Assembly: GCA_028707125.1 (NCBI GenBank)
Contig: JAQTUX010000001.1
Span: 544,662-608,661 of the forward strand
DNA length: 64,000 nt
Source: Candidatus Omnitrophota bacterium
GTDB lineage: Bacteria; Omnitrophota; Gorgyraeia; Gygaellales; JAQTUX01
Direction: 5' to 3'
Below the pieces are notes generated by a model that saw nothing but the letters and a program-made list of their open reading frames with translations, did not search any database and was not told where the DNA came from. Shown one piece after another: positions 1-8,726 of the stretch (position 1 is the stretch's first letter; each line of letters begins with the position of its first letter). Both the position numbers and the translations under genes were made by a program.

Positions 1-370
1 GCTAAAGGCGGCGGGTATCCAGGGGCTTAAAACCTACGGGGCTTCCATGCTTACCGGAGCGGCGGCTTTGCCGGTCGCGGCCGCGTTTGCCTTTGCCGGC
101 AAGGACCACGTTCAGGAGATCTTCAGCGTTACAATGGACAGGGCCTACGATGCCGGATTGCGGGCAGTCAAAATGGCGGGGAATATCATAAAAGAAGATA
201 AGGCCGGCGGGATCATAAGCGCGGAGGTTAACGGGGCGCGGGTAACTTTTAAGTTGAAGAAGCTTTCGGAAAGATCAACCGAGGTCACTATTTCCGCGCG
301 CAAATTAGGGTTTCCTCAGCCCGAGACAGCCTCAGGGATCATGTACCAGTTGAACAAACAGCTTAAATAG
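1..370 (+). CDS. hypothetical small (lipo)protein, 5' end outside window; loosely paralogous to the lipoprotein at 15699-16109
   Basis: Reading frame is open from window start through the listed ORF (no in-frame stop before the M at 47); C-terminal region shares an A/G/K-rich pattern with the 15699-16109 product. Confidence 0.4.
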   Translation, partial: LKAAGIQGLKTYGASMLTGAAALPVAAAFAFAGKDHVQEIFSVTMDRAYDAGLRAVKMAGNIIKEDKAGGIISAEVNGARVTFKLKKLSERSTEVTISARKLGFPQPETASGIMYQLNKQLK

Positions 371-386
371 TGGCCAGGGCGCGTTA

Positions 387-806
387 ATGACGATAATTAC
401 CAAGCACCTCAATCTTAAGACAAAAGGCGCGGGGGACCTGATAGACATCACTGCCCGGATCCAGGATAATTTAGGGGACAGCGGCCTTAAGGAAGGCAAT
501 GTCACGGTCTTTGTGATCGGCTCAACCGCGGCTATAACTACACTTGAATATGAACCCGGTTTGATCTCCGATCTGAAAGAGTTATATGAACGGCTTGTGC
601 CGTCCGGTAAAACTTACGCCCATGATGAGGCCTGGGGCGACGCCAATGGTTTCAGCCATTTGCGCGCGGCATTGCAGGGGCCGTCTTTGACGGTCCCTTT
701 TGTTTCTGGCAGGCTTATATTGGGCACCTGGCAGCAGGTGGTCCTGGCGGAGTTTGACCATAAGCCGCGGCAGAGGAAGATAGTCCTGCAATTCGCGGGA
801 GAATAA
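387..806 (+). CDS. yjbQ: YjbQ/UPF0047 family protein (secondary thiamine-phosphate synthase-type enzyme)
   Basis: 139 aa product matches the conserved YjbQ fold family signature (…TLEYEPG…DEAWGDANGFSHLRAAL…). Confidence 0.7.
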   Translation: MTIITKHLNLKTKGAGDLIDITARIQDNLGDSGLKEGNVTVFVIGSTAAITTLEYEPGLISDLKELYERLVPSGKTYAHDEAWGDANGFSHLRAALQGPSLTVPFVSGRLILGTWQQVVLAEFDHKPRQRKIVLQFAGE

Positions 807-822
807 AAAATGGGGGTAAAAA

Positions 823-951
823 ATGGCAGTGGAAAAAACGGGTGAGAAATACAGGTGCAATGTCTGCGGCAATGAAGTAGTGGTGACAAAGGCGGGCGGC
901 GGAGAACTCGTCTGCTGCGGAGAACCGATGGAGAAGTTAGAAGGGGTTTAA
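823..951 (+). CDS. dsr: desulforedoxin-type small Cys4 iron protein (42 aa)
   Basis: Hand-translated [45 protein letters not shown] carries the desulforedoxin C-x2-C ... G-G-G-x-L-V-C-C-G-E motif; RBS-like ggggg upstream; not in ORF track because under 60 aa. Confidence 0.65.
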   Translation: MAVEKTGEKYRCNVCGNEVVVTKAGGGELVCCGEPMEKLEGV

Positions 952-963
952 GGAGGCCTTGCC

Positions 964-2418
964 ATGAGCGGTATATTCGGGGTTATTTCCAAGAATGATT
1001 GCGCGCAAACCTTGTTTTACGGCACGGATTATCATACGCATCTGGGGACGGAGTACGGCGGCATGGCAATACTGGGCGATGGGTTCAGCCGCCATATCCA
1101 TAATATTTCACAGAGCCAGTTCAAGTCAAAGTTGTACGAAGATTATAAACATATGCATGGCAATAAAGGCATCGGGGCCATAAGCGATTCGGATGAGCAG
1201 CCCATATATCTGAATTCTAAATTCGGCCCGTTTTGCATCGTTATGGCCGGCATGATAGATAATAAAGAAGAGCTGGTGCGGGATCTATTGGCCAAAGGGG
1301 TGTCCTTTAGCGAGATGAGCAAGGGAAGCGTTAATTCCGTTGAGCTTATCGCGAAATTGATAAACCAGGGGCGGGATATTGTTGACGGGATAGAAAGGAT
1401 GTTTGAGGCAATAGAAGGCTCCTGTTCGTTATTGCTGCTTAATAAAGACGGCCTTTACGCGGCGCGGGATAGATGGGGTTACACTCCGTTGGTCCTGGGC
1501 AAGAGAGGCGATTCCTGGGCAGTGACAGCAGAGACGGCCGCCTTTCTCAATACAGGGTTTTCCATAGAAAAGTTCCTTCTGCCGGGCGAGATCATTTTGC
1601 TTAATGAGGACGGCCTGGCCCAGCGGAAGCCGGGCGGCAGCAGGAGCCAGATCTGCGCATTCTTGTGGATCTATACCGGTTTTCCCGCCTCAAGTTACGA
1701 AGGCATAAATGTCGAGGCGGCAAGGGAAAGATGCGGCAGGTTTCTGGCTGAACGCGATAACGATATTGAGGTGGATGTTGTTTCGGGCGTCCCTGATTCA
1801 GGCATCGCCCATGCCATCGGATACGCGATGGAATCCAAAAAGCCGTACAGGCGGCCTTTGGTCAAATATACTCCCGGTTACGGCAGGAGCTATACCCCGC
1901 CTTCGCAGGAGGTGCGCGATCTGATCGCCACAATGAAATTGATCCCCAACAGAGAAATAATTGAAGGCAACAGGATCGTTGTTTGCGAGGACTCAATAGT
2001 CAGGGGGACGCAGTTGAAGAATTGTACGGTCAAGAAATTATGGGAGTGCGGGGCTAAAGAGGTGCATGTGCGGCCTGCCTGCCCTCCGTTGATGCATCCC
2101 TGTAAGTTCTGCCTTTCTACGCGCAGTATCAATGAGCTTGCGGCGCGCCGGGCCATAAGGGCTTTGGAAGGCAGCGACATTGAAGATGTATCGGAATACA
2201 TTGACCACACCAGCGATAAATATAAAAAGATGGTGGACTGGATCGCCAGGGAGTTGTCGTTGACCACCTTGAGATATCAGACCATAGACGACATGGTAAA
2301 GGCGATCGGTTTACCCAAAGAGAGGCTTTGCCTGTATTGCTGGACCGGAGAATGCCCGCAGCCGAAAGCAGGAAAAGATCCGATATGCCAGGAAGAAAAG
2401 ATATTAGAAAAGTATTGA
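964..2418 (+). CDS. PurF-like class-II glutamine amidotransferase + phosphoribosyltransferase domain protein (N-terminal nucleophile is Ser, not Cys)
   Basis: N-terminus MSGIFGV aligns with the class-II amidotransferase N-terminus (MCGI[VF]G); PRTase motif RIVVCEDSIVRGTQLK; C-terminal Cys cluster; in-frame stop immediately upstream fixes the start. Confidence 0.6.
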   Translation: MSGIFGVISKNDCAQTLFYGTDYHTHLGTEYGGMAILGDGFSRHIHNISQSQFKSKLYEDYKHMHGNKGIGAISDSDEQPIYLNSKFGPFCIVMAGMIDNKEELVRDLLAKGVSFSEMSKGSVNSVELIAKLINQGRDIVDGIERMFEAIEGSCSLLLLNKDGLYAARDRWGYTPLVLGKRGDSWAVTAETAAFLNTGFSIEKFLLPGEIILLNEDGLAQRKPGGSRSQICAFLWIYTGFPASSYEGINVEAARERCGRFLAERDNDIEVDVVSGVPDSGIAHAIGYAMESKKPYRRPLVKYTPGYGRSYTPPSQEVRDLIATMKLIPNREIIEGNRIVVCEDSIVRGTQLKNCTVKKLWECGAKEVHVRPACPPLMHPCKFCLSTRSINELAARRAIRALEGSDIEDVSEYIDHTSDKYKKMVDWIARELSLTTLRYQTIDDMVKAIGLPKERLCLYCWTGECPQPKAGKDPICQEEKILEKY

Positions 2419-5400
2419 TCGTAGGGTCCGGCCCCATCATTATCGGCCAGGCCTGCGAGTTTGATTATTCCGGCACCCAGGCCTGCAAGGCCTTGCGCGA
2501 AGAAGGTTACGAGATCGTGCTGGTGAACTCCAATCCCGCGACGATCATGACTGACCCGGGCATGGCCGAGCGCACCTATATTGAGCCGTTGACGGTGGAA
2601 AGCCTGGCCAGGATCATTGCCAGGGAGAGGCCGGACGCGCTCCTGCCGAACCTGGGAGGCCAGACGGGTTTGAATCTGGCCTCGGCCTTGCATAAGGCAG
2701 GGGTGTTGGATAAATACAAAGTAAAGATAATCGGGGTCCAGGCGGACGCGATAGAGCGCGGAGAAGACCGCGAGGCGTTCAAGGGCACCATGAAGAAACT
2801 GGGTATCCCGGTGCCGCGGTCAGAGATCTGCGTTTCATTTGAAGAGGCGTTAAAGGTCGCCGGGCGGTTAGGTTACCCGGTAGTGATCCGGCCGGCATAT
2901 ACGCTCGGTGGGACAGGCGGCGGGATCGCTTATAATAATGAAGACCTTGACTTCCTGGTCAACCGCGGGTTAAGCGCGAGCCCGATCCATCAGGTTTTGA
3001 TCGAGGAAGCGGTTATCGGCTGGGAAGAGCTGGAATTGGAAGTCGTGCGCGATGAAAAAAATCAGAAGATCACCGTATGTTTCATTGAGAACATTGACGC
3101 CATGGGCGTGCATACCGGAGACAGTTTTTGCGCCGCGCCGATGTTGACTGTGCCCCAGGGCCTGCAAAAAAGGATGCAGGATCTTTCCTATAAGATAGTC
3201 GAGGCCATCGGAGTCGTGGGCGGCACGAATATCCAGTTCGCGCATAACCCGGAAGACGGCCGGCTGGTGGCCATTGAGATCAACCCGCGCACGTCCCGTT
3301 CCTCAGCGCTTGCTTCCAAGGCTACCGGCTTTCCCATTGCCAGGATCTCCACCAAATTGGCTGCCGGCATTACCCTTGATGAGATCCCTTATTGGAGAAA
3401 AGCGACGCTGGAAAAATATGAGCCGTGGGGTGAATACGTAGTCATCAAGTTCGCCCGCTGGACGTTTGAGAAGTTCCGCCAGGCCAAAGATATCCTTGGC
3501 ACGCAGATGAAGGCAGTGGGAGAGGTGATGAGCATCGCCAAGACGTTTAAAGAGGCGTTTCAAAAGTCCATACGTTCCCTTGAGACAGGCAGGTACGGAT
3601 TGGGGTTTATCGGGGATCTTCACGATCTGCCGCTTGAAGAACTGAAATTACGGCTGGCCTTTCCCTCCAGCCAACGCGTCTTCCTGATGTACGAGGCGCT
3701 GCGCAAAGGCATTAGCGTGGATGAGCTCCACAACCTTACCTATATAGGCAGCTGGTTTATCAAAGAGATGAAGGAGATGGTGGAATTTGAGGAAGGGCTG
3801 CTTAAGCGCGGCTGGGAGAAATGCTCTGACGCCAATTTGAGAAAGGCCAAAGAATGGGGTTTCAGCGATAAGTACCTTGCAGGGATATTCAAGGTAAAGG
3901 AATCTGATGTGCGCGGCCGCAGAAAAAAACTGCTCGGCAACGCCCGTTTTGAGCCGGTGCCTGTCAGCGGCGTAAAGGATGCCGCCTATTATTATTCTAC
4001 TTATACCCCCGGTAAGGACCTGGTGCCGGTTTCCGGCAAAAAGAAGGTGCTTATCCTGGGAGGCGGGCCCAATCGTATAGGGCAGGGTATTGAGTTTGAT
4101 TATACCTGCGTGCACGCGGCGTTCGCGCTGCGGGATGAGGGTTTTGAGTCGGTCATGATTAACTGCAACCCGGAAACGGTCTCTACCGATTATGATACTT
4201 CCGATAAGCTTTATTTTGAGCCGTTGACGGTGGAGGATGTCCTGGCTGTCTGGGAAAAGGAAAAGCCCGTCGGCGCGATCGTGCAGTTTGGAGGGCAGAC
4301 CCCGCTTAATATCGCGGCAGAACTTGAGCAGAACGGAGTCAGGATACTGGGCACGAGCACCGAAGCGATATCCTTTGCCGAGGACAGGGAGCTCTTCAGG
4401 CGGAAGATGATCGAATTGGGCATCCGCCAGACCGAAGGCGCGACAGCGTTTTCCCTGGAAGAGGCGGTAGCGATCGCGAGGCGCGTCGGGTATCCGGTGA
4501 TGGTCAGGCCGTCGTTTGTTCTGGGCGGGCGCGGCATGGAAGTGATCTATGATGAACAGATGCTGGTCAAATACGCCAAAGAGGCGATCCAGGTAAGCCC
4601 CGAATACCCCATGCTCATTGACCGCTTCCTGGAGAACGCCGTTGAGTGCGAAGTGGACGCGCTTTCCGACGGAAATGAGACATTCGTAGCGGCAGTGATG
4701 GAGCACATTGAGCACGCGGGGATCCATTCCGGAGATTCCGCCTGCACCATTCCGCCGCGGACCATAAAGAAAGAACATTTAGAAACGATCAGTATATGGA
4801 CGGAGAAGATCGCCGGGGAATTGAAGGTGTCCGGCCTGATCAATATCCAGTTCGCCATTTGCGAGGATAAGGTCTATATACTTGAGGCGAACCCGCGCGC
4901 CTCGCGCACAGTGCCTCTGGTTTCCAAAACCGTCGGCATACCGCTGGCGCGTATCGCCACGCTTTTAATGCTGGGCAGGAAGATCGGCGATTTTCCCCAA
5001 CTGCGGCACCGGAAGATCCCCTATGTCTCGGTAAAAGAGGCGGTATTTCCGTTTAATATGTTCCCGGAGGTTGACCCTGTGCTCGGGCCTGAGATGCGCG
5101 CGACCGGAGAGGTTATGGGTATCGGCCAGGATTTCGGCACGGCCTTTTTTAAGGCGCAGGAATCAGCGGGCACAAAACTGCCCACGGAAGGCACGGTATT
5201 GATCACGGTAACGGACGCGGCCAAGCGGGAGCTCTTGCCTATCGCCTTAAACCTTTCGCGCATGTCGTTTAAGATCCTTGCCACGGAAAATACGCACCGT
5301 TTTCTGAAAGAGAACGGCGTTGAGTCAAGCTTTATCAAGAAACTGCATGAAGGCAGGCCGAATATAGCCGACGCGGTCAAAAACAAAGAGATAAACCTGA

Positions 5401-5618
5401 TCATAAACACTCCCGCGGGCAGGACCAGCGCCTACGACGACAGCTATATCCGCACTCTGGCCATCCAGTATAAGATCCCCTATGTGACAACTATGGCAGC
5501 TGCCCGGGCAACCGTGGACGGGATCGGGTCGGTGAGAAAGGGCCAGGACCAGCCGAGATCGCTGCAGGAATACCACCAGATGTTGAAAGAAGCGCAGAAG
5601 GCAAGCGTAAAAAGATAA
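2385..5618 (+). CDS. carB: carbamoyl-phosphate synthase large subunit
   Basis: MPGRKDIRKVLIVGSGPIIIGQACEFDYSGTQACKALREEGYEIVLVNSNPATIMTD is a near-textbook CarB N-terminus; two ATP-grasp halves plus MGS-like C-terminus; track ORF starts further upstream (2328) but the alignment supports ATG 2385. Confidence 0.92.
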   Translation: MPGRKDIRKVLIVGSGPIIIGQACEFDYSGTQACKALREEGYEIVLVNSNPATIMTDPGMAERTYIEPLTVESLARIIARERPDALLPNLGGQTGLNLASALHKAGVLDKYKVKIIGVQADAIERGEDREAFKGTMKKLGIPVPRSEICVSFEEALKVAGRLGYPVVIRPAYTLGGTGGGIAYNNEDLDFLVNRGLSASPIHQVLIEEAVIGWEELELEVVRDEKNQKITVCFIENIDAMGVHTGDSFCAAPMLTVPQGLQKRMQDLSYKIVEAIGVVGGTNIQFAHNPEDGRLVAIEINPRTSRSSALASKATGFPIARISTKLAAGITLDEIPYWRKATLEKYEPWGEYVVIKFARWTFEKFRQAKDILGTQMKAVGEVMSIAKTFKEAFQKSIRSLETGRYGLGFIGDLHDLPLEELKLRLAFPSSQRVFLMYEALRKGISVDELHNLTYIGSWFIKEMKEMVEFEEGLLKRGWEKCSDANLRKAKEWGFSDKYLAGIFKVKESDVRGRRKKLLGNARFEPVPVSGVKDAAYYYSTYTPGKDLVPVSGKKKVLILGGGPNRIGQGIEFDYTCVHAAFALRDEGFESVMINCNPETVSTDYDTSDKLYFEPLTVEDVLAVWEKEKPVGAIVQFGGQTPLNIAAELEQNGVRILGTSTEAISFAEDRELFRRKMIELGIRQTEGATAFSLEEAVAIARRVGYPVMVRPSFVLGGRGMEVIYDEQMLVKYAKEAIQVSPEYPMLIDRFLENAVECEVDALSDGNETFVAAVMEHIEHAGIHSGDSACTIPPRTIKKEHLETISIWTEKIAGELKVSGLINIQFAICEDKVYILEANPRASRTVPLVSKTVGIPLARIATLLMLGRKIGDFPQLRHRKIPYVSVKEAVFPFNMFPEVDPVLGPEMRATGEVMGIGQDFGTAFFKAQESAGTKLPTEGTVLITVTDAAKRELLPIALNLSRMSFKILATENTHRFLKENGVESSFIKKLHEGRPNIADAVKNKEINLIINTPAGRTSAYDDSYIRTLAIQYKIPYVTTMAAARATVDGIGSVRKGQDQPRSLQEYHQMLKEAQKASVKR

Positions 5619-5629
5619 GGAGGCCGATA

Positions 5630-6598
5630 ATGCCGCAGGTAAAAGAAATCACCGCGAATGAGCTTGACACAAAGGGATTTATTAAAGAAAAGGCCGCGGA
5701 GATCGCGCGGGCCGTGGGCAGCGGTGTCGCCATTAACGCCCTTTCCGGAGGGGTGGATTCCGCGGCGGTAACCATGCTCGGGCATAAGGCGCTCGGCGAA
5801 AAGTTAAAGACCTATTTTATTGATAACGGTATCATGCGCGAAGGCGAGCCGCAGCAGATCGCCTCCATATTCAAAAAACTGGGGGTTAATGTGGAGGTAG
5901 TGGACGCTCAGGATGATTTTTTTAGCGCGCTTAAAGGCATCAGCGATCCCGAGGATAAGCGCGAGGCGATCACCCAGACATTTTATAAGAAGGTTTTCGG
6001 CAATTTAGTGAAGAAAAGCGGGGCAAGGCATCTTTTACAGGGGACCATCTTGACGGATATAGACGAGACGGTCGCCGGCATCAAGCGCCAGCACAATGTC
6101 TTTGAACAGCTGGGCATTGACCCGCAGGAGGCATTCGGATACAAGATCATTGAACCGCTGGTTCAGCTGCGCAAAGACGGCGTGCGCAAGGTCGCCGAAT
6201 CACTGGGGCTGCCCCCATCTATTTACAACCGTATGCCGTTCCCCGGGCCGGCGCTTTCCGCGCGCGTCATCGGAGAGGCCACGCGCGAGAGGATCGCCTT
6301 GGCGCGTAAGGCCACTTCTATTTTGGAAGAAGAATTGTCTTCGGTGAAGGCATTCCAATACATGGCCATACTGCATAACGACCGCGTTACCGGCACGCGC
6401 GATAATAAAAGAGAGTTCGGCCGGCAGATAGAGATACGCTGCTGGGACAGCATTGACGCGCGCCAGGCACGGCCGACGCGGCTGCCTTTCAGCGTGTTAG
6501 AGAAATTAGCGCAGAGGATCGTCAGAGAGGTGCCGGGAGTTGTCAGCGTTACCTACAATATCGCCGCCAAGCCGCCTTCCACAATGGAAGCGGTATAA
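5630..6598 (+). CDS. guaA: GMP synthase ATP-pyrophosphatase/dimerisation subunit (stand-alone C-terminal half, subunit-B type)
   Basis: SGGVDS P-loop, …QGTI…D…, …PFPGP…RV…GE… GMP-synthase C-terminal motifs; no class-I amidotransferase domain attached. Confidence 0.7.
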   Translation: MPQVKEITANELDTKGFIKEKAAEIARAVGSGVAINALSGGVDSAAVTMLGHKALGEKLKTYFIDNGIMREGEPQQIASIFKKLGVNVEVVDAQDDFFSALKGISDPEDKREAITQTFYKKVFGNLVKKSGARHLLQGTILTDIDETVAGIKRQHNVFEQLGIDPQEAFGYKIIEPLVQLRKDGVRKVAESLGLPPSIYNRMPFPGPALSARVIGEATRERIALARKATSILEEELSSVKAFQYMAILHNDRVTGTRDNKREFGRQIEIRCWDSIDARQARPTRLPFSVLEKLAQRIVREVPGVVSVTYNIAAKPPSTMEAV

Positions 6599-6658
6599 AA
6601 TAGGAATTCCCCGCCTTGTCTTAATATAATAAAATCGCTGTTATTATTCCTTAAATAG

Positions 6659-6667
6659 TGCTACAAT
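6659..6667 (+). promoter_or_regulatory. candidate extended -10 element (TGcTACAAT) upstream of cspA with long 5' leader
   Basis: Sequence TGCTACAAT about 90 nt upstream of csp start in an AT-rich intergenic region; -35 weak. Confidence 0.2.
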
Positions 6668-6752
6668 ATCCTTTGAAACATACCCTGCACTACGTTGACA
6701 GAGGGATAAAATAGCTATCTCGGTATAAAAGCCGGGAAAAGGAGGATGTATA

Positions 6753-6965
6753 ATGCATAGTGGAAAGATCAAGAAAGTGGTGCGCGAGAGAGGGTTTGGT
6801 TTTATCAGCGATACGGACGGAAGAGAGGTGTTCTTTCATCAAAGCGGCCTTATGGGCGGCGCCAGCTTTGATTCCCTGAGCGAAGGCCAGGCAGTTGACT
6901 TTGAAGTTGAGAATTCCCCAAAGGGGCCGCGCGCCATCAACATACAGATAACCGCCGCTTCCTAG
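6753..6965 (+). CDS. cspA: cold-shock protein (CspA family)
   Basis: KGFGFI RNP1-like motif and …VFFH… RNP2; 70 aa. Confidence 0.88.
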   Translation: MHSGKIKKVVRERGFGFISDTDGREVFFHQSGLMGGASFDSLSEGQAVDFEVENSPKGPRAINIQITAAS

Positions 6966-6978
6966 ACCAAAATCCGTT

Positions 6979-8550
6979 ATGTTTGATACAAAGAAGAAAA
7001 GATACAGGCTCAGGATCGTGGTGCCTGCTTACCCGGCGTTTAATATCTATTCCCGCATTGCCAAGGGGACTACAGCCCTGGGTCCGGTATGCGTAGCCAG
7101 CGTTGTGAACGGAATGGAAAAATGGGATGTTGAGGTTATTGATGAGAATAACCTTCGCAAATACGGGCCTGCCGGCGATTCAGGCGGGGCAGACCATGAA
7201 TTTCTGCAAAACCTGCGGCCCGCGGATGTAGTCGGGCTCTATGGCGGACTGACCAGTACCATACCGCGGCTGTATAAAATAGCCGGATTTTATAAGGATA
7301 AAGGGATCGTGACCATTGCCGGAGGGCAGCATTTTGTGGAAGATAACATAGCCGAGGCGTTAAGTTCCTCCGTTGATTATGTGGTCAGAGGCGAAGGCGA
7401 AGAGACCATTAAAGAGCTTTTATCGGCCCTACAGGGCGGGCGCGGCATAGATGAGGTGAAGGGCATTGCCTATTTGCAAGACGGAAAGGTTGTTTGTACT
7501 CCGGAGAGAGAGCCCTTGTGTGATTTTGATAGCCTGCCTTTACCGGATTTCTCATTGGTGCGATACGCCAGGATCAAAATGTATCCCGTGGGAAGGATAC
7601 GGGGCTGCGGAATGGATTGCGAGTTCTGCGCCGTCAAGGGCGCGCCGAGGCACGCGTCTCCCGAACGGCTGCTGGAAAGCATCAGCAGCCTTTTAGAAAC
7701 GCATGACGCGCGGCATTTTATGATAGTTGACGACCTCTTCGGGCAGCAGCGGGATGAGACGATAAGGTTCTGCAACATGCTCAGGGATTATCAAAAACGC
7801 GTAGGCAAGCGGCTGGACCTGGCAGTCCAGATACGGCTGGATAAGGCCAAAGACACAGAACTGCTTTCCGCTATGCGCCAGGCAGGCATTAACACGACAG
7901 CCATCGGCTTTGAGTCGCCGATCGAAGGCGAACTTAAGGCGATGAATAAGCGCATAAAGCCCGAAGAGATGGTCTCCCTTGCCAGGGTATTTCATAAATT
8001 CGGGTTCCTGGTGCACGGCATGTTCATCTTCGGATACCCCTTGAAAGAAGGCGCGGATTTCAAGATGGGCGCCGCGGAACGCATAAGGCATTTCAGGAAT
8101 TTTATCAGGAAGGCCAAGATCGATACCATACAGATCTTACTGCCCGGCCCAATACCCGGGACAGAATTAAGGCGCCGGCTGGAGAAACAGAACCGGGTTT
8201 ATCCGAAGGAAGACGTGGGCTGGGAATATTATGACGGCAACTTTCCTCTGTTCGAGCCGGACGCGCCCCTGAGCGCCGAAGAGATGCAGGCCTCCACAAA
8301 AAAGATCATGGGCAAGTTTTATCAGTTCAGATATGTGTTTATGATAGCCCTGAACATACTTTCTTTTCCCGGCTTGATCTTCTTCCTGCATAATATTAAA
8401 TCGGGCTGGAGAAGATGGTATCGGCCCTGGCGCAATCACCTGATCCGTTTCGGCGGCTGGCTTATTATGCGAGGGTGGGTCTCGCAGTTCAAGAAGAGCG
8501 ACTTTTCCCGGAAATTACGGCGGGCGAAAGAGCATTTAAAAATAGCGTAA
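6979..8550 (+). CDS. B12-binding domain radical SAM protein (paralog 1)
   Basis: N-terminal Rossmann-like B12-binding region (…VVRGEGEETIKEL…), radical SAM CGMDCEFC (C-x3-C-x2-C), C-terminal hydrophobic/amphipathic tail. Confidence 0.75.
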   Translation: MFDTKKKRYRLRIVVPAYPAFNIYSRIAKGTTALGPVCVASVVNGMEKWDVEVIDENNLRKYGPAGDSGGADHEFLQNLRPADVVGLYGGLTSTIPRLYKIAGFYKDKGIVTIAGGQHFVEDNIAEALSSSVDYVVRGEGEETIKELLSALQGGRGIDEVKGIAYLQDGKVVCTPEREPLCDFDSLPLPDFSLVRYARIKMYPVGRIRGCGMDCEFCAVKGAPRHASPERLLESISSLLETHDARHFMIVDDLFGQQRDETIRFCNMLRDYQKRVGKRLDLAVQIRLDKAKDTELLSAMRQAGINTTAIGFESPIEGELKAMNKRIKPEEMVSLARVFHKFGFLVHGMFIFGYPLKEGADFKMGAAERIRHFRNFIRKAKIDTIQILLPGPIPGTELRRRLEKQNRVYPKEDVGWEYYDGNFPLFEPDAPLSAEEMQASTKKIMGKFYQFRYVFMIALNILSFPGLIFFLHNIKSGWRRWYRPWRNHLIRFGGWLIMRGWVSQFKKSDFSRKLRRAKEHLKIA

Positions 8551-8573
8551 GATCCCATTAAAAAGGACCGGCT

Positions 8574-8726
8574 ATGCAAAAGGTAAAGACGTCGCATAAA
8601 AACAGGAAGTGCAAGTTCGCGCATTGTAAGCATATCCTGAGCATTTACAATCACGAGGCGTATTGTCATATTCATCTCGGCCAGTTAGTGCATGAGTGTA
8701 AACATAAGGCCTGTAAATCAGCATGA
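8574..8726 (+). CDS. small Cys/His-rich protein (50 aa), possible zinc ribbon
   Basis: Hand-found ORF MQKVKTSHKNRKCKFAHCKHILSIYNHEAYCHIHLGQLVHECKHKACKSA; aagga RBS 7 nt upstream; stop overlaps the helicase start (ATGA coupling). Confidence 0.35.
   Translation: MQKVKTSHKNRKCKFAHCKHILSIYNHEAYCHIHLGQLVHECKHKACKSA

Noticed and set aside
2328-2384. Longer carB start at 2328
   Set aside because: CarB N-terminal alignment (MPKRTDIK-type) fits ATG 2385; upstream codons overlap the PurF-like gene
3648-4778. 376-aa minus-strand ORF (and many other 60-270 aa minus-strand ORFs throughout, e.g. 24331-25191, 44189-44842, 45679-46485, 48492-49304, 52848-53597, 36742-37350, 41100-41654)
   Set aside because: All lie fully antisense to confidently assigned plus-strand genes (carB, rmuC, dnaB, bamA, lpxD, aldolase, tkt, rplY) in GC-rich DNA where long spurious antisense frames are expected; products are low-complexity Arg/Pro/Gly-rich with no recognisable motifs
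6659-6729. TTGACA at 6695 with TATAAA at 6724 as the csp promoter
   Set aside because: Spacer is about 23 nt, too long for sigma70; the extended -10 further upstream is a weaker but geometrically possible alternative, so only that is listed at low confidence
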